Shown: piece by piece, positions 1 to 9,065 of the stretch
Position numbering within the stretch: the first letter of the stretch is position 1
Layout of the letters: each line of letters starts with the position of its first letter
Assembly: GCA_965367815.1 (NCBI GenBank)
Contig: CBDUKN010000011.1
Span: 14,180-78,179, forward strand
Source of the DNA: an uncultured Thermoprotei archaeon
GTDB taxonomy: Archaea; Thermoproteota; Thermoprotei; Thermofilales; B15-G2
Direction of reading: 5' to 3'
DNA length: 64,000 nucleotides
Translations under genes and position numbers: made by a program
Notes under the pieces: generated by a model
Databases searched by the model: none
Told to the model about the DNA's origin: nothing
Seen by the model: only the letters and a program-made list of their open reading frames with translations

Positions 1-1366
1 TACTTTCGATACTAATATTTAAGGGAACCACACTTCTCAAGTAAAGTCTAGGGCTTCCTCTAGCAGCCCATATTTTAAATTGAATTTTACTTTCTCTCAC
101 TCCAGTAAAAATCGGCAAAGCTTCCTCAGAGAAAAGGAGCAGAGGATACCCGCAGAGCAAAGTAATTTCCTCAAGGCCCGCTGCCTCCGCCCTCACTACA
201 TCGCTACGTAGATATTCGTAAAATATTCTCGCCGCCTTATCAGAATCTATCTGACCCGTCATTTTAATTATCCTCAATAGCGAAAAAATATCAAAGCAAG
301 ATAAATACTCATCAATATTACCCAAGTCACATGCTGCTTCCTGCCCTTCTAGATAATCAGCAAGTATTTTTGCATACAGAGAATCTATTTTACGGCACTT
401 TTTGTTCTCAGATAATTTAGTTAACAGCCTCCGATAAACCTCTCTTCCCTCATCACGAATAGTTTTTTTATTTAACAGATCTAATCCTATAAGTGCAAAA
501 ATTTCATCAATAGACTTTCCTTGTCTAAAATTAATTTTTCTACTTGAAGAAAAAATAACGTCTTTGATATAGTCGGGGAGAAACCCACTTCCACAAGAAT
601 ACATGTAACTATATACAGCTTCACGGACAAAATTAACTAAATCATATTCATTTATTCTTTTCAAGAAATATTTCTCGCTATTCTCAATAATTTTATATAT
701 TTTTCCATCATCAATTCTAATGTATCTCATTAATGGAGAAAAATCAAGTACATTCTCTCCTATAAAGATACTTACTGAAAAATATGCATTGCTCAACTTA
801 TCTATACTATGTGTTGTAAACTCTATAATAGTTTTTTCAGATTTAAGTCCTCGAATAATGGTTTCTACAGGAAAAACCTTTACTTTGTAAAAATCATAGT
901 CTACTTCCTTTAAACCATTTACTAAATTACTTAAGTAGAAAGTTACTTCATTTTCCTTGTTTCTTAAGCTAAAGCTTCTAGTACAGTATTTATATTCATA
1001 AAGATTCTGAGGCTGCTTTTTACCCTGAATTATTATTTCTATATCTTCAAGTGGTATGTTTATAACGAAAAGCGGGAGAAAATTCTCAACTACATATACT
1101 TCATCTACGGAATAGTAATAAAACTGTAAGTTTACACAATTATTAAATAACCTTAATACAATATGGGCTATTGTTTCATCCATTTCTGCACGACACACAG
1201 CCTTTAGACAGTATGTTTTTCTAATAATATTTTCAATAAATATTCGTCCACTAAAAAAGTATATTGGATAAACTTTCAAATCAATATTTTTTATAATAAA
1301 TCCATCTTTTTCAATTTCCAGAACTAGCTTACCTTTAGTCAACACATTTTCGGAGCGACTAATCAT
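1..1366 (-). CDS. Hypothetical protein, partial (>455 aa, runs off the left edge)
   Basis: Hand-translated: ATG at 1366 (MISRSENVLTKGKLVLEIEKDG...) stays open to base 2; missing from the ORF track because no stop lies in the window. Confidence 0.75.
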   Translation of the reverse strand, partial: MISRSENVLTKGKLVLEIEKDGFIIKNIDLKVYPIYFFSGRIFIENIIRKTYCLKAVCRAEMDETIAHIVLRLFNNCVNLQFYYYSVDEVYVVENFLPLFVINIPLEDIEIIIQGKKQPQNLYEYKYCTRSFSLRNKENEVTFYLSNLVNGLKEVDYDFYKVKVFPVETIIRGLKSEKTIIEFTTHSIDKLSNAYFSVSIFIGENVLDFSPLMRYIRIDDGKIYKIIENSEKYFLKRINEYDLVNFVREAVYSYMYSCGSGFLPDYIKDVIFSSSRKINFRQGKSIDEIFALIGLDLLNKKTIRDEGREVYRRLLTKLSENKKCRKIDSLYAKILADYLEGQEAACDLGNIDEYLSCFDIFSLLRIIKMTGQIDSDKAARIFYEYLRSDVVRAEAAGLEEITLLCGYPLLLFSEEALPIFTGVRESKIQFKIWAARGSPRLYLRSVVPLNISIES

Positions 1367-1390
1367 AGTGCCGGTTTACTTGACTCTGCT

Positions 1391-2101
1391 TTGGAAAAAA
1401 TATATTTCGTTATACTCAATTATCTTTACGTGATTATAGGGGTAGACATGAATTTAATTTTAAGAGCAATCGAAGAAAAAATAGCTGAAAAAAAGGTCAA
1501 AGGAGGCCTTGCATACGTGAAACTCAAAGACTCACCCCTCGACGAGGTATTTATAAGATCACAGCCAATATCATTTTCATTCGACGTAAAGCAGTCCTTC
1601 TTAGGTGTAGTGCGCATAGTTCCCTCAGTAAAAAGCGAAGAAGATGCAAATCTGTATAGATCTCTCAAAGGTCTCGAATGCTACTTAAAGTATAGTGGAC
1701 TCTTTAGGCGTAACGCGTTCTTCAATTCACGCGAAGAACTCAACACTCTAAAGGAAATGGTCCCCTCCATGGTTATAAGCGATAACCTAATTACTAGACT
1801 GAACAATGACCCTGAACTCAAAAAACTTATAATGGATATCAAACCTTCAGAACTCACAATACTTCTTAAATCCGTTCACGAAGAACTACTCCCCTTTGTG
1901 ACCTCAAAGGAGTATCTACTAAGAGCAGAAGCAAAATTCTATGAAAATCCGACAGAAGTAACTTGGTACATAACACTAACACACATGCTAATAAGAGGAC
2001 CTAAATTCACTAAAAATGTCAGAGGGATATTTGAAATAATGGAAATTATAGGAAAACATCTACGGGAGGTATCTAAGAAAACTAATAGTATTTCCGCGTA
2101 A
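1391..2101 (+). CDS. Hypothetical protein (likely start ATG 1448)
   Basis: 236-aa ORF, no recognised motif. Confidence 0.65.
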   Translation: MEKIYFVILNYLYVIIGVDMNLILRAIEEKIAEKKVKGGLAYVKLKDSPLDEVFIRSQPISFSFDVKQSFLGVVRIVPSVKSEEDANLYRSLKGLECYLKYSGLFRRNAFFNSREELNTLKEMVPSMVISDNLITRLNNDPELKKLIMDIKPSELTILLKSVHEELLPFVTSKEYLLRAEAKFYENPTEVTWYITLTHMLIRGPKFTKNVRGIFEIMEIIGKHLREVSKKTNSISA

Positions 2102-2498
2102 GAAAACGCTTCGCATATTCGAAGAGAAGAATACGGCTCCATCCCATATTTTCTAGCCTAATAGACATTCTCTTAAGAATACCTGGCACATACGACACAA
2201 GAGTCACATATTTTACTCTCCACGGAGCTTTAAGACTCATATACATTATACAAACCAAATACTGTCTCCTCTTACGCCCAACAACCATAATATACTCTTT
2301 TCTCCTACCTATGTCATCCGACCTACTTTTAATATACCTCTCTATTTCAGCAACAGCGTTCAATGCAACTCTAATTAAATTGCTTTTTCTTCTAACAACA
2401 GTATTTAAACCAATTGACTGCAGTTCTAACAGTACTACACTGTGATCTTTATCTACCTCAAATACAGCAACGCCCTTGACTCTAATTCCTCGTCTCAC
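2082..2498 (-). CDS. Hypothetical basic protein
   Basis: 138-aa ORF with a GAGGTGA RBS just upstream of the GTG. Confidence 0.65.
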   Translation of the reverse strand: MRRGIRVKGVAVFEVDKDHSVVLLELQSIGLNTVVRRKSNLIRVALNAVAEIERYIKSRSDDIGRRKEYIMVVGRKRRQYLVCIMYMSLKAPWRVKYVTLVSYVPGILKRMSIRLENMGWSRILLFEYAKRFLTRKYY

Positions 2499-2510
2499 AT
2501 AGTCACCTCA

Positions 2511-2565
2511 TTTCAGCAGCTTAGCTGTATCCTAATTATTGTCATCGTATTTAAGATTATCACCC
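2511..2565 (-). ncRNA. Degenerate box C/D sRNA candidate
   Basis: Minus strand GTGATAA-11nt-ATGA-CA-ATAATTA-16nt-CTGA; boxes imperfect. Confidence 0.3.
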
Positions 2566-2569
2566 GAAT

Positions 2570-2623
2570 AGTCAGCGTGAGATGGTTCAATCACAGCTCA
2601 TCTCTTCCCCATCTTCATCACGA
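2570..2623 (-). ncRNA. Box C/D sRNA candidate
   Basis: Minus strand GTGATGA-AGATGGGGAAGAG-ATGA-GC-TGTGATTGA-ACCATCTCACG-CTGA, about 52 nt. Confidence 0.7.
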
Positions 2624-2670
2624 CAATACAATTCACTTTCCTATCCCCCATTAATATCTTTAGCCTCTGA

Positions 2671-2725
2671 GCTCAACATGGCCTCTTTCATCACGAATCA
2701 GAACCCGTGTTCCCTATCATCGCCT
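2671..2725 (-). ncRNA. Box C/D sRNA candidate
   Basis: Minus strand GCGATGA-TAGGGAACACGGGTT-CTGA-TTC-GTGATGA-AAGAGGCCATG-TTGA. Confidence 0.6.
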
Positions 2726-2774
2726 ATTCATTTCTGGACTTCTATTAAAATAAATCTATTCCTCTGTCCCACAC

Positions 2775-2795
2775 ACCCCTTTATTTCCACTGGAA
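2775..2795 (-). promoter_or_regulatory. ORB1 (origin recognition box)
   Basis: Minus strand TTCCAGTGGAAATAAAGGGGT matches the archaeal ORB consensus with G-string. Confidence 0.85.
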
Positions 2796-2941
2796 AAATA
2801 TTTTTTTTAATTACATTTATTTATTATAAAATAATTATATTCTCCCATTTAAAAGAAAAAACAAAATATAAAAATTTTCATACAAAAGTTTTTGATATAG
2901 CGGTCTATTTTGTTTCTCCAAAATTTTTGAATTAGCTTTTT

Positions 2942-2962
2942 CTCCAGTAGAAGCGAAGGGGG
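2942..2962 (+). promoter_or_regulatory. ORB2 (divergent origin recognition box)
   Basis: CTCCAGTAGAAGCGAAGGGGG, inverted relative to ORB1. Confidence 0.7.
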
Positions 2963-3016
2963 ACTAGGGTTCTTGTGGAGAAAAAAGCCTAGAGTCTAAT
3001 ATTTAAGTACAAGTTT

Positions 3017-3229
3017 TTGGTGAAAAAGAATATGAGCAGAGATATTCTCGAGCTGGAGAAAACGCTATTATACCAAGTAGATCCGAGCGTAAAGCGTTTT
3101 CAAGTGATCTTTGCGCTAGCTTTTGTTGGATTTAGGAAGACGTTCGGTAAGGACAGGGATCTCTGTGAGCTATTTCTTAGAATAATGGTTGAGGCCAACA
3201 AAGGTCGTAACGAGCTTCTTCTTCGCTAA
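3017..3229 (+). CDS. Small hypothetical ORF between ORB2 and ORB3 (possible start ATG 3032)
   Basis: 70-aa ORF; GGTGA upstream of ATG 3032; may be non-coding. Confidence 0.35.
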   Translation: MVKKNMSRDILELEKTLLYQVDPSVKRFQVIFALAFVGFRKTFGKDRDLCELFLRIMVEANKGRNELLLR

Positions 3230-3231
3230 AT

Positions 3232-3319
3232 TCTACTTGTAGACACTGTATTTTCTACTGTTGATGTCTTTATCTACCGTAAAATGATGTAGATGTTACT
3301 ACTGTAGAATTCTTGTAGA
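3232..3319. repeat. Array of seven TCTAC/GTAGA pentamers in both orientations
   Basis: Copies at 3232, 3239, 3254, 3273, 3289, 3304 and 3315, including palindrome TCTAC-TT-GTAGA. Confidence 0.7.
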
Positions 3320-3339
3320 CCCCTTTGTTTCCACTGGAG
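3319..3339 (-). promoter_or_regulatory. ORB3 (origin recognition box)
   Basis: Minus strand CTCCAGTGGAAACAAAGGGGT. Confidence 0.85.
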
Positions 3340-3503
3340 AATTGTTTTAAGCAAAGATTTTATGAAAAGTGAATATATCGTTGTAGTTTTTTCTCTTTTT
3401 ATAAATATCAAATGAATTTTTCTTGAATAAGCTGTTTCTACAATTTTAATCCATTTCTTCAAATTATGTTATTTCTCAACTCTAAGCGCTACCGTTATAT
3501 ATT

Positions 3504-3947
3504 TTGAAGAAGGGTGTAGAAGTGGAAATGCCTAAGATAAAAATAGAAGATACGCTGCCTTCAGGGGAGAAGATCGTTATTACGCTTGAGGGTAGAGAGA
3601 TTTCTGAGAGGAGGGTACTTCAGGTTCTCGAGCTTCTTAAGATAATGTCTTCTGGAGGCCAGGAGTCTGAGAGCTGTATAAATGAAGGATTTTTGAGGTG
3701 TAAAGGGGGAAGTAGGGGTCGGCTTAAGGAAGTTATATGGGATGCGATTTTAGAGAACTTTGGTAGCGGTATATGGTTTTCTTCACGTGATTTGCAGGAG
3801 GTTTTGCGTAAGGCTGGAGTGGATGTTTCGTTGAATACTATAGCTACTTATTTACTTCGATTTTATAAGGCGGGGCTTCTTGATAGAGCTGGAGGAAAAT
3901 TTGATATGAGGTATAGAGTTAAGACTGTTGAGATTTCTGTTGACTGA
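3504..3947 (+). CDS. Winged-helix DNA-binding protein
   Basis: C-terminal wHTH pattern (WFSSRDL...SLNTIATYLLRF..AGLLDR.G....RYRV). Confidence 0.7.
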   Translation: MKKGVEVEMPKIKIEDTLPSGEKIVITLEGREISERRVLQVLELLKIMSSGGQESESCINEGFLRCKGGSRGRLKEVIWDAILENFGSGIWFSSRDLQEVLRKAGVDVSLNTIATYLLRFYKAGLLDRAGGKFDMRYRVKTVEISVD

Positions 3948-4518
3948 TTTTCCGTTCTTCTATCTGGTATGCGATGATATCGCTTTTTGTTATTATTCCT
4001 AAAAGTTTGTCTCCGTCCATTACTAGGACTGCAGGGACTCCTTTTGCGAGTAATTGTGTAACATTATCTACTGTTTCACTGGGAGGCACAATAGGAAGAA
4101 CAGGCCCCATTATCTCTTTAACTGGTTTAAATAGAGTGGATTCTTTGTTTGATAATAGCGAATTTATTATATTGTCTTCAAATATTGTTCCGATAACTCG
4201 CCCGTGTTTGTCCAGTACTGGTATTTGAGAAATTCCATTATCCCACATGATTTTTGCAGCTTTTTTCACGGGATCGTCTTCGTTTACTGTTATTACGGGA
4301 GATTTCATTACATCTCTAGCTTTTGGCAGTTTTTCTAGTGCCTCTTCAAGAACAGCTAAAATTTTCCTTAGTGTCGAAAGACGAGGGTCTACAGTTCCTG
4401 CCTCTATTCGCGCTATAAGAGATTGACTTACACCAGCACGTCTGGCTACTTCTTTTTGAGTTAGGCCGGCTTTTTTCCTCAAGGATCTAATATACTGAGG
4501 TGTTGGAAGAGAAGACAT
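3919..4518 (-). CDS. XRE-HTH + tandem CBS-domain transcriptional regulator
   Basis: LRKKAGLTQKEVARRAGVSQSLIARIE followed by two CBS repeats. Confidence 0.92.
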   Translation of the reverse strand: MSSLPTPQYIRSLRKKAGLTQKEVARRAGVSQSLIARIEAGTVDPRLSTLRKILAVLEEALEKLPKARDVMKSPVITVNEDDPVKKAAKIMWDNGISQIPVLDKHGRVIGTIFEDNIINSLLSNKESTLFKPVKEIMGPVLPIVPPSETVDNVTQLLAKGVPAVLVMDGDKLLGIITKSDIIAYQIEERKISQQKSQQS

Positions 4519-4561
4519 CGAGAAAAATATCGTGGGAGAAATTTATAAAATTATAATCATG

Positions 4562-5896
4562 TTAACTGTATTTCTTTAATATGTCGGCTATTATTTCTAA
4601 ACCTTTTTCAAGAAGATCTTCAGGAATGCTTAGAGGGGGGGCTAGTCTTAATGTAGATACTCCAGCTCCTATTACTAAGACTCCTTTCTTAAAGCACTCT
4701 GTTAGTATTTCTTGAAGTTCTTTTTTAGCTGGTTCTTTGGTTTCGCGGTTCTTTACGAGTTCTACGCCTATCATTAAGCCTTTTCCTCTGACATCGCCTA
4801 TTATTTTACACTCTTCTTTTAGGTCGTTGAAGAATTTCAGTGTTTTTTCTCCTAACTTTTCTGCACGAGCCAAGAGGTTCTCTTCTTCTATAACCTCTAT
4901 TACGGCGTTCGCTGTTGCACATGCTACAGGATTTCCTCCGAAAGTTGTCGCGTGAGAGCCTTTAGGAAGCGACATTACTTCTTTCTTTCCTATTATTGCT
5001 CCTAGAGGGAGGCCTGAGGCTATTGCTTTGGCTACACATATTATGTCAGGTACTATATTCCAGTGTTCTATGGCGAACCATTTTCCTGTTCGGCACATGC
5101 CGGCCTGTACTTCGTCGTCTATCATTAAAATTCCGTATTTGTCACAGAGTTTTTTTATTCTCTTCCAGTACTCTGGTGGCGGGACTATGTATCCTCCTTC
5201 TCCTAAAATAGGTTCAAAGACTATTGCCGCTATTTCTTCAGGGGAAATGTACTTATTGAAATACCACTCTTCTATGAAGTCTACGCACCAGTAGTTGCAG
5301 TCGGGAAAAGTTTGCTTCCACGGGCATCTATAGCAGTAGGGGTATGGAATATGCTCAACGCACGGAATTAACGGAGAGAAGTATTTCCTTTGAACAGGTT
5401 TGCTTGAAGTAAGTGACAGCGCGCCTAAAGTTCTTCCGTGGAAAGAGCCTATGTAGGCTAGAATATAGGGGCGTGCGCCTTTAAAGTATCCTCTAGCTAT
5501 TTTTAGGGCTCCTTCAATGCTTTCTGCTCCGCTGTTACAGAAAAATACCTTTTTATCGAAAGTGCCGGGTGTTATTTTGACTAACTTTTTAGCTAGTTTT
5601 ACTGGTTCTTCATAGTAGAAGTCTGTTAGGCTGTAATGGAGAAGCTTTTCGGCCTGTCTTTTTATTGCTTCGACTACTTTAGGGTGACAGTGACCTATGC
5701 TCATTACTGCGATTCCTGAGTTGAAGTCTATATACTCATTTCCATCGACGTCCTTTATGACAGCTCCCTTAGCTTCTGCTACAACTAGGGGATAGTATCT
5801 AACGAATGACTGCATGAGATATTTTTCGTCTTCTTTAATGATCTCCAAGGCTTTTGGTCCAGGGGGCTCGACTTTAATTAGAGGAAGATTTTTCAC
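4562..5896 (-). CDS. Class III PLP aminotransferase (acetylornithine/4-aminobutyrate family)
   Basis: NSGAES, FHGRT, DDEVQAGMCRTG, AKAIASG, TTFGGNP motifs. Confidence 0.92.
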   Translation of the reverse strand: MKNLPLIKVEPPGPKALEIIKEDEKYLMQSFVRYYPLVVAEAKGAVIKDVDGNEYIDFNSGIAVMSIGHCHPKVVEAIKRQAEKLLHYSLTDFYYEEPVKLAKKLVKITPGTFDKKVFFCNSGAESIEGALKIARGYFKGARPYILAYIGSFHGRTLGALSLTSSKPVQRKYFSPLIPCVEHIPYPYCYRCPWKQTFPDCNYWCVDFIEEWYFNKYISPEEIAAIVFEPILGEGGYIVPPPEYWKRIKKLCDKYGILMIDDEVQAGMCRTGKWFAIEHWNIVPDIICVAKAIASGLPLGAIIGKKEVMSLPKGSHATTFGGNPVACATANAVIEVIEEENLLARAEKLGEKTLKFFNDLKEECKIIGDVRGKGLMIGVELVKNRETKEPAKKELQEILTECFKKGVLVIGAGVSTLRLAPPLSIPEDLLEKGLEIIADILKKYS

Positions 5897-6124
5897 ATGT
5901 ATTTTCCGTTTTGATAGTTTTTAATGCTTGTGTAAAGATTGTTAAGTAGAAATTTTACATACAGCAGTCGATATTTAAATAAATGAAAGAGAAGCGCCAG
6001 GTCAATAGTAATTGTCATGAAAAAATTCTAGTTTGTTGAGAGATTAGAATGATTTTTTCTCTTTTTGAATTGTATTTGCTAGGATTAAAAAGCTTAATTT
6101 ACTTAAGTTGAGTAATATATCATT

Positions 6125-6697
6125 GTGGTGTTTTATAAAGAAGTTCGATGGCATGGAAGAGGAGGACAAGGTGCTGTTACTTCAGCAGAGCTCCTGGCTT
6201 CAGCTGCCGTAAAAAACGGACTTTACGCTGTGTCAATACCATTTTTTGGGGCTGAAAGGAGAGGAGCACACGTATTTGCCTTTAATAGGATATCAGATAA
6301 GCCTATACTGCTAAAGTCTATGATAAAAACTCCAGATTATGTAATTGTCTTAGACTCGAAACTGTTGAAGTTAAAGGAACATAGAGAAAAAGTGTTTGGG
6401 GGCTTGAAGGAAAATAGTATTCTTGTGGTTAATGCTACTGAAGAAGAGCTCAAGGGCCTGGAATGGAGTAAAGTAGCTTTTGTTGATGCTACGGGAATTG
6501 TCTTGAAGCATGGGTTAGTTTTAGCTGGAATACCGCTTACGAATACTGCTATGCTAGGAGCTTTTGCTAAGATTTTTGAGAAAATACCTCCGGAGAAATA
6601 TGAGGAAAGTATTGAAGACAAGTGGGGTGGAAAAAAAGCTGAAATAAATATTGAGGTGTTTAGAGAAGGATACCGTAATGTGAGGTGGATGAGATGA
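6125..6697 (+). CDS. porC: Pyruvate/2-oxoacid:ferredoxin oxidoreductase gamma subunit
   Basis: HGRGGQG, FGAERRGA. Confidence 0.92.
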   Translation: MVFYKEVRWHGRGGQGAVTSAELLASAAVKNGLYAVSIPFFGAERRGAHVFAFNRISDKPILLKSMIKTPDYVIVLDSKLLKLKEHREKVFGGLKENSILVVNATEEELKGLEWSKVAFVDATGIVLKHGLVLAGIPLTNTAMLGAFAKIFEKIPPEKYEESIEDKWGGKKAEINIEVFREGYRNVRWMR

Positions 6698-6969
6698 CTT
6701 CTAGGAGAAAAATTGAGCATGAGTTGTTAACTCCTATATCTCGGCCTAATGAGGGATCAGCTGGATTAACAGGATTTTGGAGAGTTTTTAAGCCGATTAT
6801 TGATAAAAACAGATGTAAGAAATGTCTCTTGTGTTGGCTTTACTGTCCCGAGGCAGCCATAACTGTTGACGAGAAGGGGTACCCTACTATAAACTACGAT
6901 TATTGTAAAGGATGCGGTATATGTGCTAATGAATGTCCTGTTAAGGCTATAAGGATGGTAGAGGAGTGA
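6685..6969 (+). CDS. porD: Pyruvate/2-oxoacid:ferredoxin oxidoreductase delta subunit (2x4Fe-4S)
   Basis: TGFWR, CxxCxxCxxxCP twice, YDYCKGCGIC. Confidence 0.93.
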   Translation: MDEMTSRRKIEHELLTPISRPNEGSAGLTGFWRVFKPIIDKNRCKKCLLCWLYCPEAAITVDEKGYPTINYDYCKGCGICANECPVKAIRMVEE

Positions 6970-6973
6970 GAGT

Positions 6974-8182
6974 ATGAAAATGGTTTTAACTGGAAATTAT
7001 GCGGCAGCTTATGCTGCTAAAGCAGCTCGAGTAGAAGTAGTTTCAGCGTATCCGATAACACCGCAGACGCAAGTTGTAGAAAAACTTTCTGAGTTCATTG
7101 AAAAAGGAGAAATGAAAGCGAAGTTTATTAGAGTTGAATCAGAGCACAGCGCCATGGCCGCCTGTATTGGAGCAGCTATGGCCGGAGCTAGAGTATTTAC
7201 AGCGACGTCAGCTCACGGCCTTATCTATATGAGCGAAATGCTCTGGTGGGCTGCAGGAGCGCGCTTACCTATAGTCATGGGAGTAGTTACGCGAGCAATG
7301 GCTCCGCCGTGGAGCATATGGTCCGATCACTGCGATATGCTTTCTTTGAGAGATATAGGATGGATAATTTTCTTCTGTGAAAATGCTCAAGAAGTCTTTG
7401 ACTCTATAATTCAGGCCTATAGAGTTGCTGAAGACGAAAGAGTTCTCTTACCGGTAATGGTCAGCTGGGATGCTTTCCAGACATCTCATACAGCAGAGCC
7501 TGTAAACGTGCTGACTGAAAAAGATATTGCAGAGTATCTTCCAGACAGAAGACCCATTCCCTATGTCATAAATTTCGATAAACCGTTTACTCATGGAAGT
7601 CTATGTTATCCAGACAAGTATATGGAGTTCAGATATCTCATAGACTACTCTATGTCTAAGGCAAAAGAAGTTATTAAAGAAGCTGATGAAGAGTACGGTA
7701 AACTATTTGGAAGAAAGTACGGAGGACTCTTCGAGGAATATAGGTGTAGTGATGCCGAAGCAGTAATAGTGACTATGGGTGCGATCTCAGGCGATGCGAA
7801 GTACGCTGTAGACCTGCTTAGAGAAAAGGGATATCGAGTAGGCTTACTCCGCTTGAGAGTTATCAGACCGTTTCCAGCAAGCGAGCTCAAAGAGAAGTTA
7901 AGTTCAAGAAAAATTGTATGTGTTATTGACCGAAATATTTCGCTAGGCAGAGGAGGAGTTATGGGAGTTGAAATAAAAGCACTTCTAAGAGATGTTCCTG
8001 TAGTTGATATTGTTGCTGGAATAGGGGGAAGAGATATAAGCTATGTAGATATTATTAAAATGTTTGAAAAAGCATTGAAAATAGTTGAAAGCGGGGAGAT
8101 CCCTGAGTATCTTTGGTATGGTGTAAATGTGGAGTATATTAAGAAAGCTGTAGGTGAGTACTATGAGTCACCCTCTATTTAA
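6974..8182 (+). CDS. porA: Pyruvate/2-oxoacid:ferredoxin oxidoreductase alpha subunit
   Basis: AYPITPQT, VESEHSA. Confidence 0.93.
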   Translation: MKMVLTGNYAAAYAAKAARVEVVSAYPITPQTQVVEKLSEFIEKGEMKAKFIRVESEHSAMAACIGAAMAGARVFTATSAHGLIYMSEMLWWAAGARLPIVMGVVTRAMAPPWSIWSDHCDMLSLRDIGWIIFFCENAQEVFDSIIQAYRVAEDERVLLPVMVSWDAFQTSHTAEPVNVLTEKDIAEYLPDRRPIPYVINFDKPFTHGSLCYPDKYMEFRYLIDYSMSKAKEVIKEADEEYGKLFGRKYGGLFEEYRCSDAEAVIVTMGAISGDAKYAVDLLREKGYRVGLLRLRVIRPFPASELKEKLSSRKIVCVIDRNISLGRGGVMGVEIKALLRDVPVVDIVAGIGGRDISYVDIIKMFEKALKIVESGEIPEYLWYGVNVEYIKKAVGEYYESPSI

Positions 8183-9065
8183 GACTGTTCCTAAGGAAGA
8201 GTACTTCTTGCCGGGAACTCCGGCCTGCCCCGGATGTCCGGCAGCTCTTGGACTAAGACTACTACTTAAGGCACTAGGGCCTAGAACAGTCTTGGTTATT
8301 CCGGCATCATGTTCAAGCATAATTCAAGGAGCTTACCCGAAGACTGCCATAAAGGTTCCTTTGATAAACATAGCCTTTGCCGCGTCAGCGGCCACTGCGT
8401 CGGGAATAGCTGAGGCTTTGGAGCTCAAGGGAGTAAAAGATGTAAATATTGTGGTCTGGGCCGGGGACGGAGGAACAGCAGATATAGGTTTGCAAGGGTT
8501 ATCAGGTGCAGCTGAGAGAGGACATAACATTATCTATGTATGTTACGATAATGAGGCCTACATGAATACAGGAATACAGAGGTCAGGAGCTACACCATAC
8601 ATGGCCTGGACAACAACTACACCTACAGGAAAACGTGAGAAGAAGAAAGATGTACCTCTTATAGTAGCTATGCATAAAATACCTTATGTTGCTACGGCTT
8701 CTCTGGCGTATCCTCACGACTATATTATGAAGCTGAGAAAGGCGGCCAGAAAGAAAGGATTTAAGTATATTCATCTGCTAGCTCCCTGCCCTCCTGGATG
8801 GAGATTTGATTCCAGTAAAACAATAGAAATCAGTAGACTGGCAGTTGAGACAGGAATGTGGATTTTATATGAAATTGAAGATGGGGAGTTCCGGCTAACC
8901 GGGCCAAGCAAAGCGCTCATCGATAAAAGCAAAAGAAAGCCAGTAGAACTTTACATCAGAGCGCAGGGAAGGTTCTCGCATCTGACTCAAGAAGATATAG
9001 CTGAGCTCCAGAAGGTAGTTGATGAAGAGTGGGAGTGGTTAAAGCGCTGGTTTGAAGCTAAATGA
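8154..9065 (+). CDS. porB: Pyruvate/2-oxoacid:ferredoxin oxidoreductase beta subunit
   Basis: CPGC, GDGG, DNEAYMNTGIQRS (TPP binding). Confidence 0.93.
   Translation: MSTMSHPLFKTVPKEEYFLPGTPACPGCPAALGLRLLLKALGPRTVLVIPASCSSIIQGAYPKTAIKVPLINIAFAASAATASGIAEALELKGVKDVNIVVWAGDGGTADIGLQGLSGAAERGHNIIYVCYDNEAYMNTGIQRSGATPYMAWTTTTPTGKREKKKDVPLIVAMHKIPYVATASLAYPHDYIMKLRKAARKKGFKYIHLLAPCPPGWRFDSSKTIEISRLAVETGMWILYEIEDGEFRLTGPSKALIDKSKRKPVELYIRAQGRFSHLTQEDIAELQKVVDEEWEWLKRWFEAK

Larger units (their letters stand above)
2775..3339. other. Probable chromosomal replication origin (oriC)
   Basis: Three ORB elements; very AT-rich tract at about 2796-2940 between ORB1 and ORB2. Confidence 0.8.

Noticed and set aside
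2442-2935. Plus-strand ORFs of 70 and 117 aa
   Set aside because: They overlap the C/D boxes, ORB1 and the AT-rich tract and have non-protein-like composition
3274-3462. 62-aa minus-strand ORF
   Set aside because: It runs through ORB3 and the repeat array with no supporting signals
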